A DNA stretch of 64,000 nt from a virus, in the IMG/VR virus record IMGVR_UViG_3300044640_003674, positions 4,167 through 68,166 of that record. One strand, 5' to 3'. The number at the start of each line of letters is the position of its first letter. Position 1 is the first letter of the stretch. Shown one piece after another: positions 38,401 to 43,931 of the stretch. Both the position numbers and the translations under genes were made by a program. The notes beneath the pieces were generated by a model. The model was not told the DNA's origin, did not search any database, and saw nothing but the letters and a program-made list of their open reading frames with translations.

Positions 38401-39580
38401 CATCTGGGGTCTGCTGCCTGAGCAAGCCAAGGCTGATGTGAAGCGTATCTGGGGTCTGGACGGTATGTGGGTTCACACCGACAGCTTGGACATCATGTTC
38501 GGCTATCGGGCAGCATCTGCTGCTGAGTTCCTGCGCAAGGACAAGGAAGCCCTCAACGGTATCCAGGCTGCGATGCGTGAGTGGTTCCACGGCATGGCAA
38601 AGACCATGGGCAAGAGCGACGAAGAGGCAAACAACCTGGCCAAGAAGTGGGGCTGGCAGTTGGCCAAGGGCGAGGAAGCCTGGAAGGAGATCGTCAAGGA
38701 GATGAAGGACATCATCGTGGTGAAGTCTGGCATCGTGATGCTGAACAACATCCGATCGAACTTCACCCAGCTGGTGCTGTCAGGTGTCCCGGTGAAAGAC
38801 ATGGTTCGTCATCACCTCGTTGGTATGCGTGGTGCCATGGCCTATGAGCGGGACTTCAATGAACTGCAGCGTCTGGAGACACTGCTGGCAGTGGACTACA
38901 CCATTGAAGGTCAGGCCAACATCGAACGACAGATTGCCAAGCTCAAAGACTCTCTCGCACGTAACCCTGTGCGTGAGTTGATCGAGGCTGGCTTGATGCC
39001 GACTATTGTTGAAGACGTTGCTGCAGATGATGACCTGTACTCGTACAAGTCTGTGCTGGCTTCGAAGGTTGCTCCGCTCACTCAGCGAGTTCCTGTGCCC
39101 TTGCGAGATGCGGCCAAGACGGTCTATATGGCACATGACACCAAGCTGTATGGTGCTCTGAACCGTGTTGCTCGACTGTCTGACTTCGTGGCTCGCTATG
39201 CCTTGTATCAACACCTGACCACGCGAGCAGTTGATCAGATGACTTCGGAACAAGCTATCCAGCGTGCTTCTGAGACATTCATCAACTACGACATTCCAAT
39301 GCACCGCGGCATGCAGTACCTGGACAGCATGGGTCTGTTCATGTTCACCAAGTACTTCCTGCGTGTGCAGCGTGTTCTGGCTCGTACATTCAAGGAGAGC
39401 CCTGGTCGAGTGTTGGGAATGATTGCCGCAGACTACTTTGCGGACGTTGGCCCCAACGTGCTGGAAGGTTCTGCAGTGAACCACTTTGGTGATAACCCAT
39501 GGAGGTGGGGTGCGTTCCAGTTCCCTGGAACTCTGGACAAGCTGGCTACTGTTGCAGTGCCTATGTCGATCATCAAATGA
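29468..39580 (+). CDS. Virion-encapsidated RNA polymerase (N4 gp50-like); start may be 29498
   Basis: 3370 aa, no Cys seen; motif A EVDGVANG, motif B RTLVKSALNPLNYG, motif C NIHDA; C-terminal region with HELLH. Confidence 0.96.
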   Translation: MRAVNLLAPNMSDFDSSSYFKKKIDSLNLPKGFAIQEAMQRKVADLQEYQVAVAAGRALTSPDRTVGDIAGDVAITAAKSAIGLPESIVGIADIPTGGRVGKFIEENTPIQFKKTKEILDSGLSDAQKEANLRVQLAEGFGGTIEAALDNPSVIATTVGESLGSMIGGAAAARKILGVGAKAVSAGAGATGPVLPGVLARKVGTDLAPVIAGAVGEGILGAGSAASQIRGETEDGLLTPKQALSAVGSGAGTAVLGFAGGKLAQKLGVPDLDTALAAGTVKSPAGFLKAVVGAGISEGVFEEMPQSAQEQVWQNYALDKPLLEGVDKASAMGLLAGVAMGSGTGVAGALAPSDAAKRKRNDRDEDPAREAVLETASKTGNVDALLNIKSKDYSPENAVLALLAHAKNPETSGEQRATNLSKAQEVMAGLERQRDAARSELELESPEGLAAKLGQVQEVIASAPEEDRALYEEMLAELQARQVEMDTNPDRTQAIKALTDQISGLDGQISKARQSVDQIAGLVSAPEQVSADMALLSQAVNTQDSDAVAAQQQAAERIINLSMASPDRVDRAQALALVKTAGNALTNQQRAYLRAFSDARVADNLAKDADVVSSDIWRGSSKGAEVKYWGIKQYRREIAAAIAAGDQAKATRLLAQMQSFNTDHSQKARLLSKVKDGQQIMRTDAGWVVNTGKRLTNAERDANGAFTKNSDEVVGKIGREASVLRAATAELAAAVTLKFPTTAGDINVPNSAQSTNPSTGQSRSTQSASGQAATSEGQSESAGAAAPVAAGNGVDSQSTGVGVSDSTPVAQKAEKTQETATEVQSTTTQDPVEVIEESNQNDTAISEAPAAPTQDQLAESVEDAPLDELSAESAEASSTETQPGTLAAVLEKGPEGATFFDKRLGDFVAQVGKSRPLVAVKDFMDEVRAGKKKITDFLPDTELSDDQKNVIRLLSGKLRQWSDPIKKNLRPRDKFQHEDPIRFLTGSGDLEQNVKTAMVAAAFTWLNDEIRRKSNTDEAINALLGRDSDHQVSLAERNLFNEGSYQSTVAEALGQRIIAALGFKAFKDAPQDILPKLKMSLGSHALALLEQQGMVESFTVPDSVIRRMRGEDLEVAEQGGKPDLDHTFYKLVQDSKEVLDITDTMAGTKGILDKLFGIESSQIRPSLAPVKGVQKTTDTGMGVPNALQKVVRQNQTKNERHLNTGPMDVLAKLDEELALAIAGVVRPDEHTHGAKRRSIEAKNDGLAREYKNFMEFVLEDLVQGEGKDKGFFYRYDVWKQQRVGIKTNVGNPQTSKIARWLTYSKAWNTEIRFDDTNLMTGFMLRVAEGLGVKTERGASELSVAKAEAALKQPEMVAGVAAIRAALDGADLSAEQQAAVVAAVKAAGEKMHSLAALVAWAQHQAAKEAGQEAFTTNLMGEVDGVANGTMLNHVLYGAGTDGLLERGGFFTLDSKFRQFNLWRGTPGNLDIYEATAKKISQYIASMSDLGQLTGAIWSVIGNPVDTEGNATKDGRTLVKSALNPLNYGSGFNSVKRNLAGEFIESIYSAFEDFSSGKRPSVTKPESLNDFVQQLNVLLAQTKNTRLLPINEPASFYLEANVLSYKQIDALESVYTGIVGQAVEDVVGVEFGGFMASTKQLIKTTQLTYDLFNAVYQAEREKLIADLGIPTRKKRDAEGVPVHDLTAEQEGELRSRLASIMPLMHTAMSQRDDNYRNGILLAKRELQRAPNNSYEVEVTFGQKIKNGQHTMTVRPQVMGQAGPGVLAVSAGTHSTDSAISHDTQDGRPILNIHDALGGGVGGLAEMTTAFNKATFENLLAYSPLRAGHNALARVVTGLAKMHSDGQLSDQALANIKKVLKSGKSLDKALQDSFEAALLADRSKLDIMSRWAVVDQYPMDNNGYQVTDADRKRVNTLAANLAPDVAPLTQAASEVLNQALGFKAEKKAPAQKPAAKQSNWGTVGTPTAAPNPLLLSLLQGKGKVSAKSVVETLQGVQWRNPGYKLLLDLVAKALPDNLTVQMVDTSTPVDQVIEMPKMPSKAWMVSGSGRNEIYFLGPEFAASAMTPETLLHELLHGALARYLVDLSSGKVKDPDAQALVAELEKLLERARKHELADKYQAALSNLDEFISWGMTNAAFQADVLTKLRVTHKSSQNKWLSGMQDFMRNLTQLMGKALGRKLNGEAVNGLGLLVANVTGLVKAAEQQKAGDPAEATLNLSMAAVDDYTTSQIFQALNEPSKPLEPAFESQLSRMLGGIVNTLHGPFGAFAAAVRGYAPASPLDAWLVAQQNGLVPFSSEVAANLPASQQELFVIEQIEATVKAALQDNAALTKVAYKELTEVFSEAQQTLKPSDFKDPAHYDFIFGVKAAGSDGKSDYLARFAALALAHQGLNKLLQVPSKKTRNISDGKTLADKVEIAFEKILGFFSRMATKTFDGQRLDSKVQTLVEQLVSIEAKQREAIKDQQARKDFLAPVEEMVKTGRDAVMSKLEAAAGSEFFRNAKSGAVRGGAALVRTVAMNRQEEFLKQFQDYRDNTLNERGGFLSSILNEVVGQKEFAEKALRVVKHFENRRKGVIDGTSKMALESFINEGKDLTEEAKAALTRVFMRTGAHTLMGRYDFTQLQSMLTDRAAILKEVAAIEAAFPAKLRRLYVGQAQALGLHKATGLVEGLVMPNAHVIARMLGTPYQQQIDADQAAAHEDGVKALITLYALLHTDKASKTEAAQVLAKELARDDGGNGVDFLLKATRQFEQDSLERLFAGNPVLMQHGYTPEIYNPHTDIKVVTAEEGQKLAAQGYTAHSKLSEDPADPDSESKQIFVRSGAALARWESGVMSLTDVGTKGTTIHNGFTNPKHPDGAQNASRQAAVTQAKMNLLRQPLGPHRDMSKTAKSGLVPVYNEQGKIVNWRYLMREQTKDVVLQRNNRFEDVLGTYAGSIFDKTGTPKNNLAAIQALKTQYDADGSVRRLKGYHLVGPDSPDAELRTIWGLLPEQAKADVKRIWGLDGMWVHTDSLDIMFGYRAASAAEFLRKDKEALNGIQAAMREWFHGMAKTMGKSDEEANNLAKKWGWQLAKGEEAWKEIVKEMKDIIVVKSGIVMLNNIRSNFTQLVLSGVPVKDMVRHHLVGMRGAMAYERDFNELQRLETLLAVDYTIEGQANIERQIAKLKDSLARNPVRELIEAGLMPTIVEDVAADDDLYSYKSVLASKVAPLTQRVPVPLRDAAKTVYMAHDTKLYGALNRVARLSDFVARYALYQHLTTRAVDQMTSEQAIQRASETFINYDIPMHRGMQYLDSMGLFMFTKYFLRVQRVLARTFKESPGRVLGMIAADYFADVGPNVLEGSAVNHFGDNPWRWGAFQFPGTLDKLATVAVPMSIIK

Positions 39581-39583
39581 GTT

Positions 39584-39676
39584 TGGGCATTGAAGGTGGG
39601 GGTCGAACCCACAAGAGGTGCTTATTTCCTCCGGCCCGCTGAAGGGCCTACGGTTACCAATTTCGTCACTTCGCCC
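39584..39676 (-). tRNA. Aberrant tRNA-Leu(CAG)-like element / pseudo-tRNA
   Basis: GGGCGAAG-UG-ACG-AAAUUGGUAAC-CGU-A-GGCCC-UUCAGC-GGGCC-long variable arm-GUGGG-UUCGACC-CCCAC-CUUC-AAU-GCCCA. D and T arms intact; 6-nt anticodon loop; bulged acceptor stem. Confidence 0.6.
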
Positions 39677-39803
39677 AGGGGAGTAGCGATCCCCCCTATC
39701 CAACCTCAGTGTGCCCACTGGGGTTGAAGTCTTGTTTGTTGCCAGCTGCCGCAGTTTCATCCCGGCTGGCGCGTGATCTCATGACCGATCAGCGGCTTTC
39801 ATT

Positions 39804-39909
39804 TGATGGTGGCCGGTACTGATCTCCGGCTTGCTCCGTCTCGCAAGGCTTATTTCATCCAGGCTCGGCAGCAGGTAATCACGCGCATCAGCCTGCGCAT
39901 TCACCATCA
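39804..39909 (-). ncRNA. C4-antisense-RNA-like structured motif
   Basis: UGAUGGUG-AAU-GCGCA-GGCUGA-UGCGC...GCCGG-AGAUCAGUA-CCGGC-CACCAUCA; loop-loop complementarity GCUGAU/AUCAGU. Family assignment is from recall, not a search. Confidence 0.6.
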
Positions 39910-40019
39910 TTGAATCACCCTCGCCACATCCCCATATCCGGGGAGCTGTCTCGAACAGGGATGGTTACCTGCCGTCTAGTGTTGCTGAGCGCTCAGCACG
40001 AAGGCGATTCGATGATGGT

Positions 40020-40460
40020 CCCAGTCTTTCCTGGGTGTCAGCACTCTCTACAGACCTTGTGGCTATGCTTGCCTACCGTCACGTCCTGTAGTCGACGCCC
40101 GAGCTTTAGACGACTCATCTCGGGAAAGCTGTGTTTATGGCAGTACGTTGCCAGCCCGTCAGCGGGATAGTTGAAGGGTTCCCAGATTCGCATGCGGCAG
40201 CGTTACAGGGAGGTTGATCTGGAGATCACTACGAGGCCAAATCCGTAGTTCTAGGTCCCCTTCGAGGGTGTGGACCAATAGGGCGCCTCATTTATTCGCC
40301 CCCATTTCACCGGCTAGCACGGATAGAGGTAAGTCACTTGGCAGCTACTTGGCACAGGCCCACCTGCTCGAATGGCCTTTGTCACTCCATGCCTGGAGCG
40401 CATTTCACTGTTGCTGGCTTGATCCACACTCTCGAAGAGCCCCGTCTTTCCGGGGTGTCA
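40020..40460 (-). repeat. Two-copy motif UGACA-CCC(A/C)G-GAAAGA-C(U/G)GGG
   Basis: Copies at 40020-40040 and 40440-40460; the only two differences are compensatory within the stem. Confidence 0.85.
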
Positions 40461-40469
40461 TGAGACTTG

Positions 40470-40661
40470 TCACCCTCTCTTGCGAGAGGATCTGTCGAAG
40501 TAGTTTCTCAGGGTGATGCCGACATAGATGACAGCAACCACCCCAGAGAAGATCAGGCCTCCGACGAAGGCCACTGCCGAGAAGGCAATGGCCACCCCTA
40601 CAACTCCTGCCACGATAGCGATACCGAGCAGGATGAAGAGGATGGTCTTGAGCCAGTGCAT
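40470..40661 (-). CDS. Small 2-TM membrane protein
   Basis: Very hydrophobic 63 aa with a basic tail. Confidence 0.65.
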   Translation of the reverse strand: MHWLKTILFILLGIAIVAGVVGVAIAFSAVAFVGGLIFSGVVAVIYVGITLRNYFDRSSRKRG

Positions 40662-40666
40662 CAAGA

Positions 40667-41011
40667 TCAGTTGAAGAGGCTTGCGACAGCCTTCGGCTGA
40701 ACTTCAGCAGCTGCTTCTTCGACCTTCGACTCAGCTGCAGCAGGAGCCTCTTCTGCTTGAGGAGCAGCTTCCGGTGCAGCCGTGGCCACCACCGTCAGGG
40801 CAGGTGCCGAAGCAACTGCCGGTGCCGCGGTGTCGTCATCGCCGAACGGGATTGCCGAGTCTTCGATGCTGATGTCCGCGGTCAGGCCACCTTCCTTGCG
40901 GCCAGCAGTGAAGGTGATCTCCACTTCCTTGCCGGCCAGGTTGATGCCCTGGGTCGTGATGTACTGCTTCAGTGCAGCTTGGATTTCGACCTGCTTGAGG
41001 TTGATTTGCAT
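40667..41011 (-). CDS. N4-like conserved hypothetical protein
   Basis: MQINLKQVEIQAALKQYI...FTAGRK, Ala/Glu-rich tail, ends SLFN. Confidence 0.8.
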   Translation of the reverse strand: MQINLKQVEIQAALKQYITTQGINLAGKEVEITFTAGRKEGGLTADISIEDSAIPFGDDDTAAPAVASAPALTVVATAAPEAAPQAEEAPAAAESKVEEAAAEVQPKAVASLFN

Positions 41012-41035
41012 GGTGCTTTCTTCGGTTGGGATTGC

Positions 41036-41620
41036 TTATGCCGCCATAGGCTGTATGAACGGCAGGACTTGTTGGAACGGATTGCTGGCAATGCCGGCAT
41101 AGATTGCCGCCACTGCATCGGCCATGTGCTCTGCCTTGGCTTCACTGACCTCCTTGACACCGTTGCGGGTGTAGGTGGGCCAGTTGGCTTCAGGATGCTT
41201 GGCCACAGCCCAGCTGATCATCTGTTCCTTGGTGGCTGTCTTCTTGCCGAAGCCGGCAAGTTTCACCTCCGTTGGGGTGACCTCGAAGAACGGGACACCT
41301 GCCGCTCTCAGAGAACCGAGGACGCCCACACAGATGCCATAGGACGCCATAGCGCGGGCAGATTGACTGCCCACCGGCACTTCCACAAACACTGCGTGAG
41401 CGTCCCGCACGGTTTCGATGGTCCCTGCATAGAGCTGCAGGGCAGACTCCAGATCCAAGCTGTTCTGCCTCACCTGCTTCCCGGTTGGGAGAACAGGATG
41501 AATGCTCGACAGCTTGACGATCTGAAGCTGCCTGGTTGCGGTGTCGTAGACACCAGCAGCCAGGCCCCAGTTACGGAGACTTGGGTCGCAGCCAATGACC
41601 TTAATTCGCCGGGGCGACAT
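41036..41620 (-). CDS. RuvC-like Holliday junction resolvase (N4 gp46-like)
   Basis: IGCDPSLRNWG, FVEVP, VTPTEVK, ATKEQMI, EHMADA. Confidence 0.87.
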   Translation of the reverse strand: MSPRRIKVIGCDPSLRNWGLAAGVYDTATRQLQIVKLSSIHPVLPTGKQVRQNSLDLESALQLYAGTIETVRDAHAVFVEVPVGSQSARAMASYGICVGVLGSLRAAGVPFFEVTPTEVKLAGFGKKTATKEQMISWAVAKHPEANWPTYTRNGVKEVSEAKAEHMADAVAAIYAGIASNPFQQVLPFIQPMAA

Positions 41621-41951
41621 CAGGTGCACTGGCTTCGGGAGCCGGATCAGCTGCTTCTTCCAGCTCGGCCTTGAAAGGCAAGGTGCCCAGGTTGGTCAGG
41701 GCCAGGTTGACACCTGCCTTGAAGGCCACCAAGGCGTCACCAGTCAGTGTGATCTCGGGATCATCACCGAGCTGCATGACCATGCCATCAGGGACCGTGA
41801 GGAAGTGCTCGACAGTCTTGACCTGCTGGTTGTGCCAGCCGACCAGGAGCTTGACGAACTGATCCAGGTCCGAAACCATGAGAGTTTCAGGAGCAGGTTG
41901 AGTCTCGGGAGCTTCGGGAGTCTCAGGGGTTTTCAGGTCTTCAGGAGTCAA
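41601..41951 (-). CDS. Hypothetical protein
   Basis: 116 aa, TTG start with AAGGAA RBS; AFKAGV...LGTLPF. Confidence 0.7.
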   Translation of the reverse strand: MTPEDLKTPETPEAPETQPAPETLMVSDLDQFVKLLVGWHNQQVKTVEHFLTVPDGMVMQLGDDPEITLTGDALVAFKAGVNLALTNLGTLPFKAELEEAADPAPEASAPDVAPAN

Positions 41952-42027
41952 GGAAGTTCCTTGTGGAGTTGCGAACGGAGTTCAAGTCGGGGCAAGCATG
42001 TAGCCTGCCCCAACAGCTTGCCTGTGA

Positions 42028-42765
42028 TCAGGCGAACAGCGACTGAGCCGGCTTCTTGGTGCCAGCAGGTGCTGCTGCACGCGGAGCACCTGCAGTGCCG
42101 GTGTTGCCAGCCTTGCCGCTCTTGTCACGCACCTGGCCAGACCACTTCTTGATCCAGGTGTCGATGAAGCTGGCTTCTTCAGCCTGAGCACGGATCTCGG
42201 CCACGGTCATGCGATCGCGGGCACGGAAGAGCTTGTCGATGACGTTCTGCTCACGGGTTTCACCGGTGGGCACGTACTCGCCAGTCGATTCGTTCTTCTG
42301 GGTCTTGTCGACCTTTTCCTTGATCACACCGACCATGATGTCCTGGCCGATCAGGTCCATGACCATCTCGACCTTGGTGGGCACTTCAGCCTTAGCCTCG
42401 TAGCTGTAGACGTTGATCACCTTGGTTTCGGTGTCCAGCTCGGAGATTTCCTTGCCGACCGTCAGCAGGGCCAGCGAGTTGGCGATCAGGTAGCCCGGCA
42501 GGTAGTGCTTCTCGCCGTCCTTCTCGTAGTAGTTCTTGCAGCCCTTGGCCTTGCCGCTGGTCATCCACAGCGTTTCGCGGACTTCCTTGCCGTCGCTGGT
42601 CTTGGCGTTCAGCACCAAGCCAATGGCGCCGCTGGCTGCGCTGTTGATGTAGGCGTGCTGCACCTTGGCGGGGTAGACGTTCGATTCCAGGGGACCACCG
42701 CCACCAACGCTGTCGCGTTCATTGGCAATGGTGTCGTCGCTCTTCAGGGATTTCAGGAGACTCAT
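42028..42765 (-). CDS. N4-type SSB / late transcription activator (gp45-like)
   Basis: ETLWMTSGKAKG, NYYEKDGEKHYLPG, TGETREQNVIDK, C-terminal SLFA. Confidence 0.88.
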   Translation of the reverse strand: MSLLKSLKSDDTIANERDSVGGGGPLESNVYPAKVQHAYINSAASGAIGLVLNAKTSDGKEVRETLWMTSGKAKGCKNYYEKDGEKHYLPGYLIANSLALLTVGKEISELDTETKVINVYSYEAKAEVPTKVEMVMDLIGQDIMVGVIKEKVDKTQKNESTGEYVPTGETREQNVIDKLFRARDRMTVAEIRAQAEEASFIDTWIKKWSGQVRDKSGKAGNTGTAGAPRAAAPAGTKKPAQSLFA

Positions 42766-42839
42766 ATTGATTCCTTTGGGGTTAGGTTTGGGAAAGGGTT
42801 GGGTTCTGTCTGGGATGGGAACGAGTGGGCGCCGTTCAG

Positions 42840-43568
42840 TTAGGCGTAGTACTCGTGCAGCCGGTCCAGGACCAACTGAATGTCGTTGTCGATGAAGGTT
42901 TCCTTGGTGTCGAACATGCCCAAGGGTCCACGGATACGCTCGCCAACCGTTTCCTTGGTCAGCTTGGTTTGGTAGACGTACTTGAAGCCAAGGGCTTCTT
43001 CTTCCTGAGTGATCTTCAGCAGATCGCTGCCGTAGTCCTTCAGTGCCTTGAGGGGCACCTTCTTGGTGGAGATGACCAGGCTGAAGTAGGACTCGATGCC
43101 GTTGTTCTTCAGTGAGCCCTTGACGGGCACCGAAGTCTCGATAGCCATCTCGGCCTCGTTCACGCGATCCGCGGTGTGAGCCAGGAAGATCACGTTCTTC
43201 GTGCTCTTGGCCACCTTGTCTTGCATCAGCGTCTTGAAGTACTGGGAGAAGTCACCCCAGGCCTTCATGGTGTTGGCGCTGTTGATCACGTACAGAGACT
43301 CGTACATCTCCAGCAGGTAGGTCACCGTGTCGATCACGATCGTGTGCACATCCGGCAGCGTCTCGGCAGCATCGAAGGCTTCGAAGATCTGCAGAGGGTC
43401 GGTGATGGTGTACTGCTTGAACTTGGCTCGGAACGGCAACTTCTTGCCGGCCTCACAGTTCAGGTACATCACACCTTCGGGCTTCTTGATTCCCATGAGG
43501 GAAGCCGACTTGCCCGTTGCCGACTTGCCGGCGATGAGCACCAGGTTGTCGTTGACTTGTTGTGTCAT
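42840..43568 (-). CDS. Sak4/AAA_24-like ATPase (N4 gp44-like)
   Basis: GKSATGKS, IVIDT, IFLAH, RIRGPLGMF. Confidence 0.87.
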   Translation of the reverse strand: MTQQVNDNLVLIAGKSATGKSASLMGIKKPEGVMYLNCEAGKKLPFRAKFKQYTITDPLQIFEAFDAAETLPDVHTIVIDTVTYLLEMYESLYVINSANTMKAWGDFSQYFKTLMQDKVAKSTKNVIFLAHTADRVNEAEMAIETSVPVKGSLKNNGIESYFSLVISTKKVPLKALKDYGSDLLKITQEEEALGFKYVYQTKLTKETVGERIRGPLGMFDTKETFIDNDIQLVLDRLHEYYA

Positions 43569-43640
43569 GGTTTCTCGGTTGGTTTCGGTTCAGGCAGTGC
43601 CTGTAAGTTTTCGAAGAAGCGCCAGGATGGCGCCTGCTGT

Positions 43641-43883
43641 TTACTGAACGCTCCGGCTCTCCAGCTCGATCAAGAGCTCGATGTAGTGCTTGGCCTTCTG
43701 CAGATCGGCGATGCCGTTCTTCTCTTTCCAGCGAGTCACGTACTTGATGACGTTGCCTTCCATGAAGCCAATCTTGTTGGCATGGATGTACTCGACGGGC
43801 TGGATGGCCTTGCCCTTGTAGTGCTGGCCACCGATCTGGATGTCCAGAGCGTTCTTCTCAGGGTTGAGGAGTTTCTCGTTCAT
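43641..43883 (-). CDS. DUF3310 (T7 gp1.7-like nucleotide kinase) protein
   Basis: QIGGQHY, IQPVEYI, GNVIKYVTRW, KNGIADLQKAKHY. Confidence 0.87.
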   Translation of the reverse strand: MNEKLLNPEKNALDIQIGGQHYKGKAIQPVEYIHANKIGFMEGNVIKYVTRWKEKNGIADLQKAKHYIELLIELESRSVQ

Positions 43884-43886
43884 GAA

Positions 43887-43914
43887 ATGAAAACGGGGAC
43901 CCGAAGGTCCCCGT
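43887..43914 (-). terminator. Intrinsic terminator after primase
   Basis: ACGGGGACC-UUCG-GGUCCCCGU-UUUCAU. Confidence 0.75.
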
Positions 43915-43931
43915 GAGGTTGGTGGATCAGA

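Larger units (their letters stand above)
39584..40460 (-). ncRNA. Candidate large structured ncRNA or multi-RNA precursor (~880 nt)
   Basis: No credible ORF; near-continuous hairpins, two ~20-bp stems, a repeated covarying hairpin, a C4-like domain and a tRNA-like 3' domain. Confidence 0.7.

Noticed and set aside
39630-39650. tRNA-Sec or opal suppressor reading (UCA in the loop)
   Set aside because: Centring UCA in a 7-nt loop breaks the anticodon stem, and the D arm is Leu-like.
39910-40516. ORFs 39910-40170 and 40214-40516
   Set aside because: TTG starts, no RBS, atypical codons; better explained by RNA structure.
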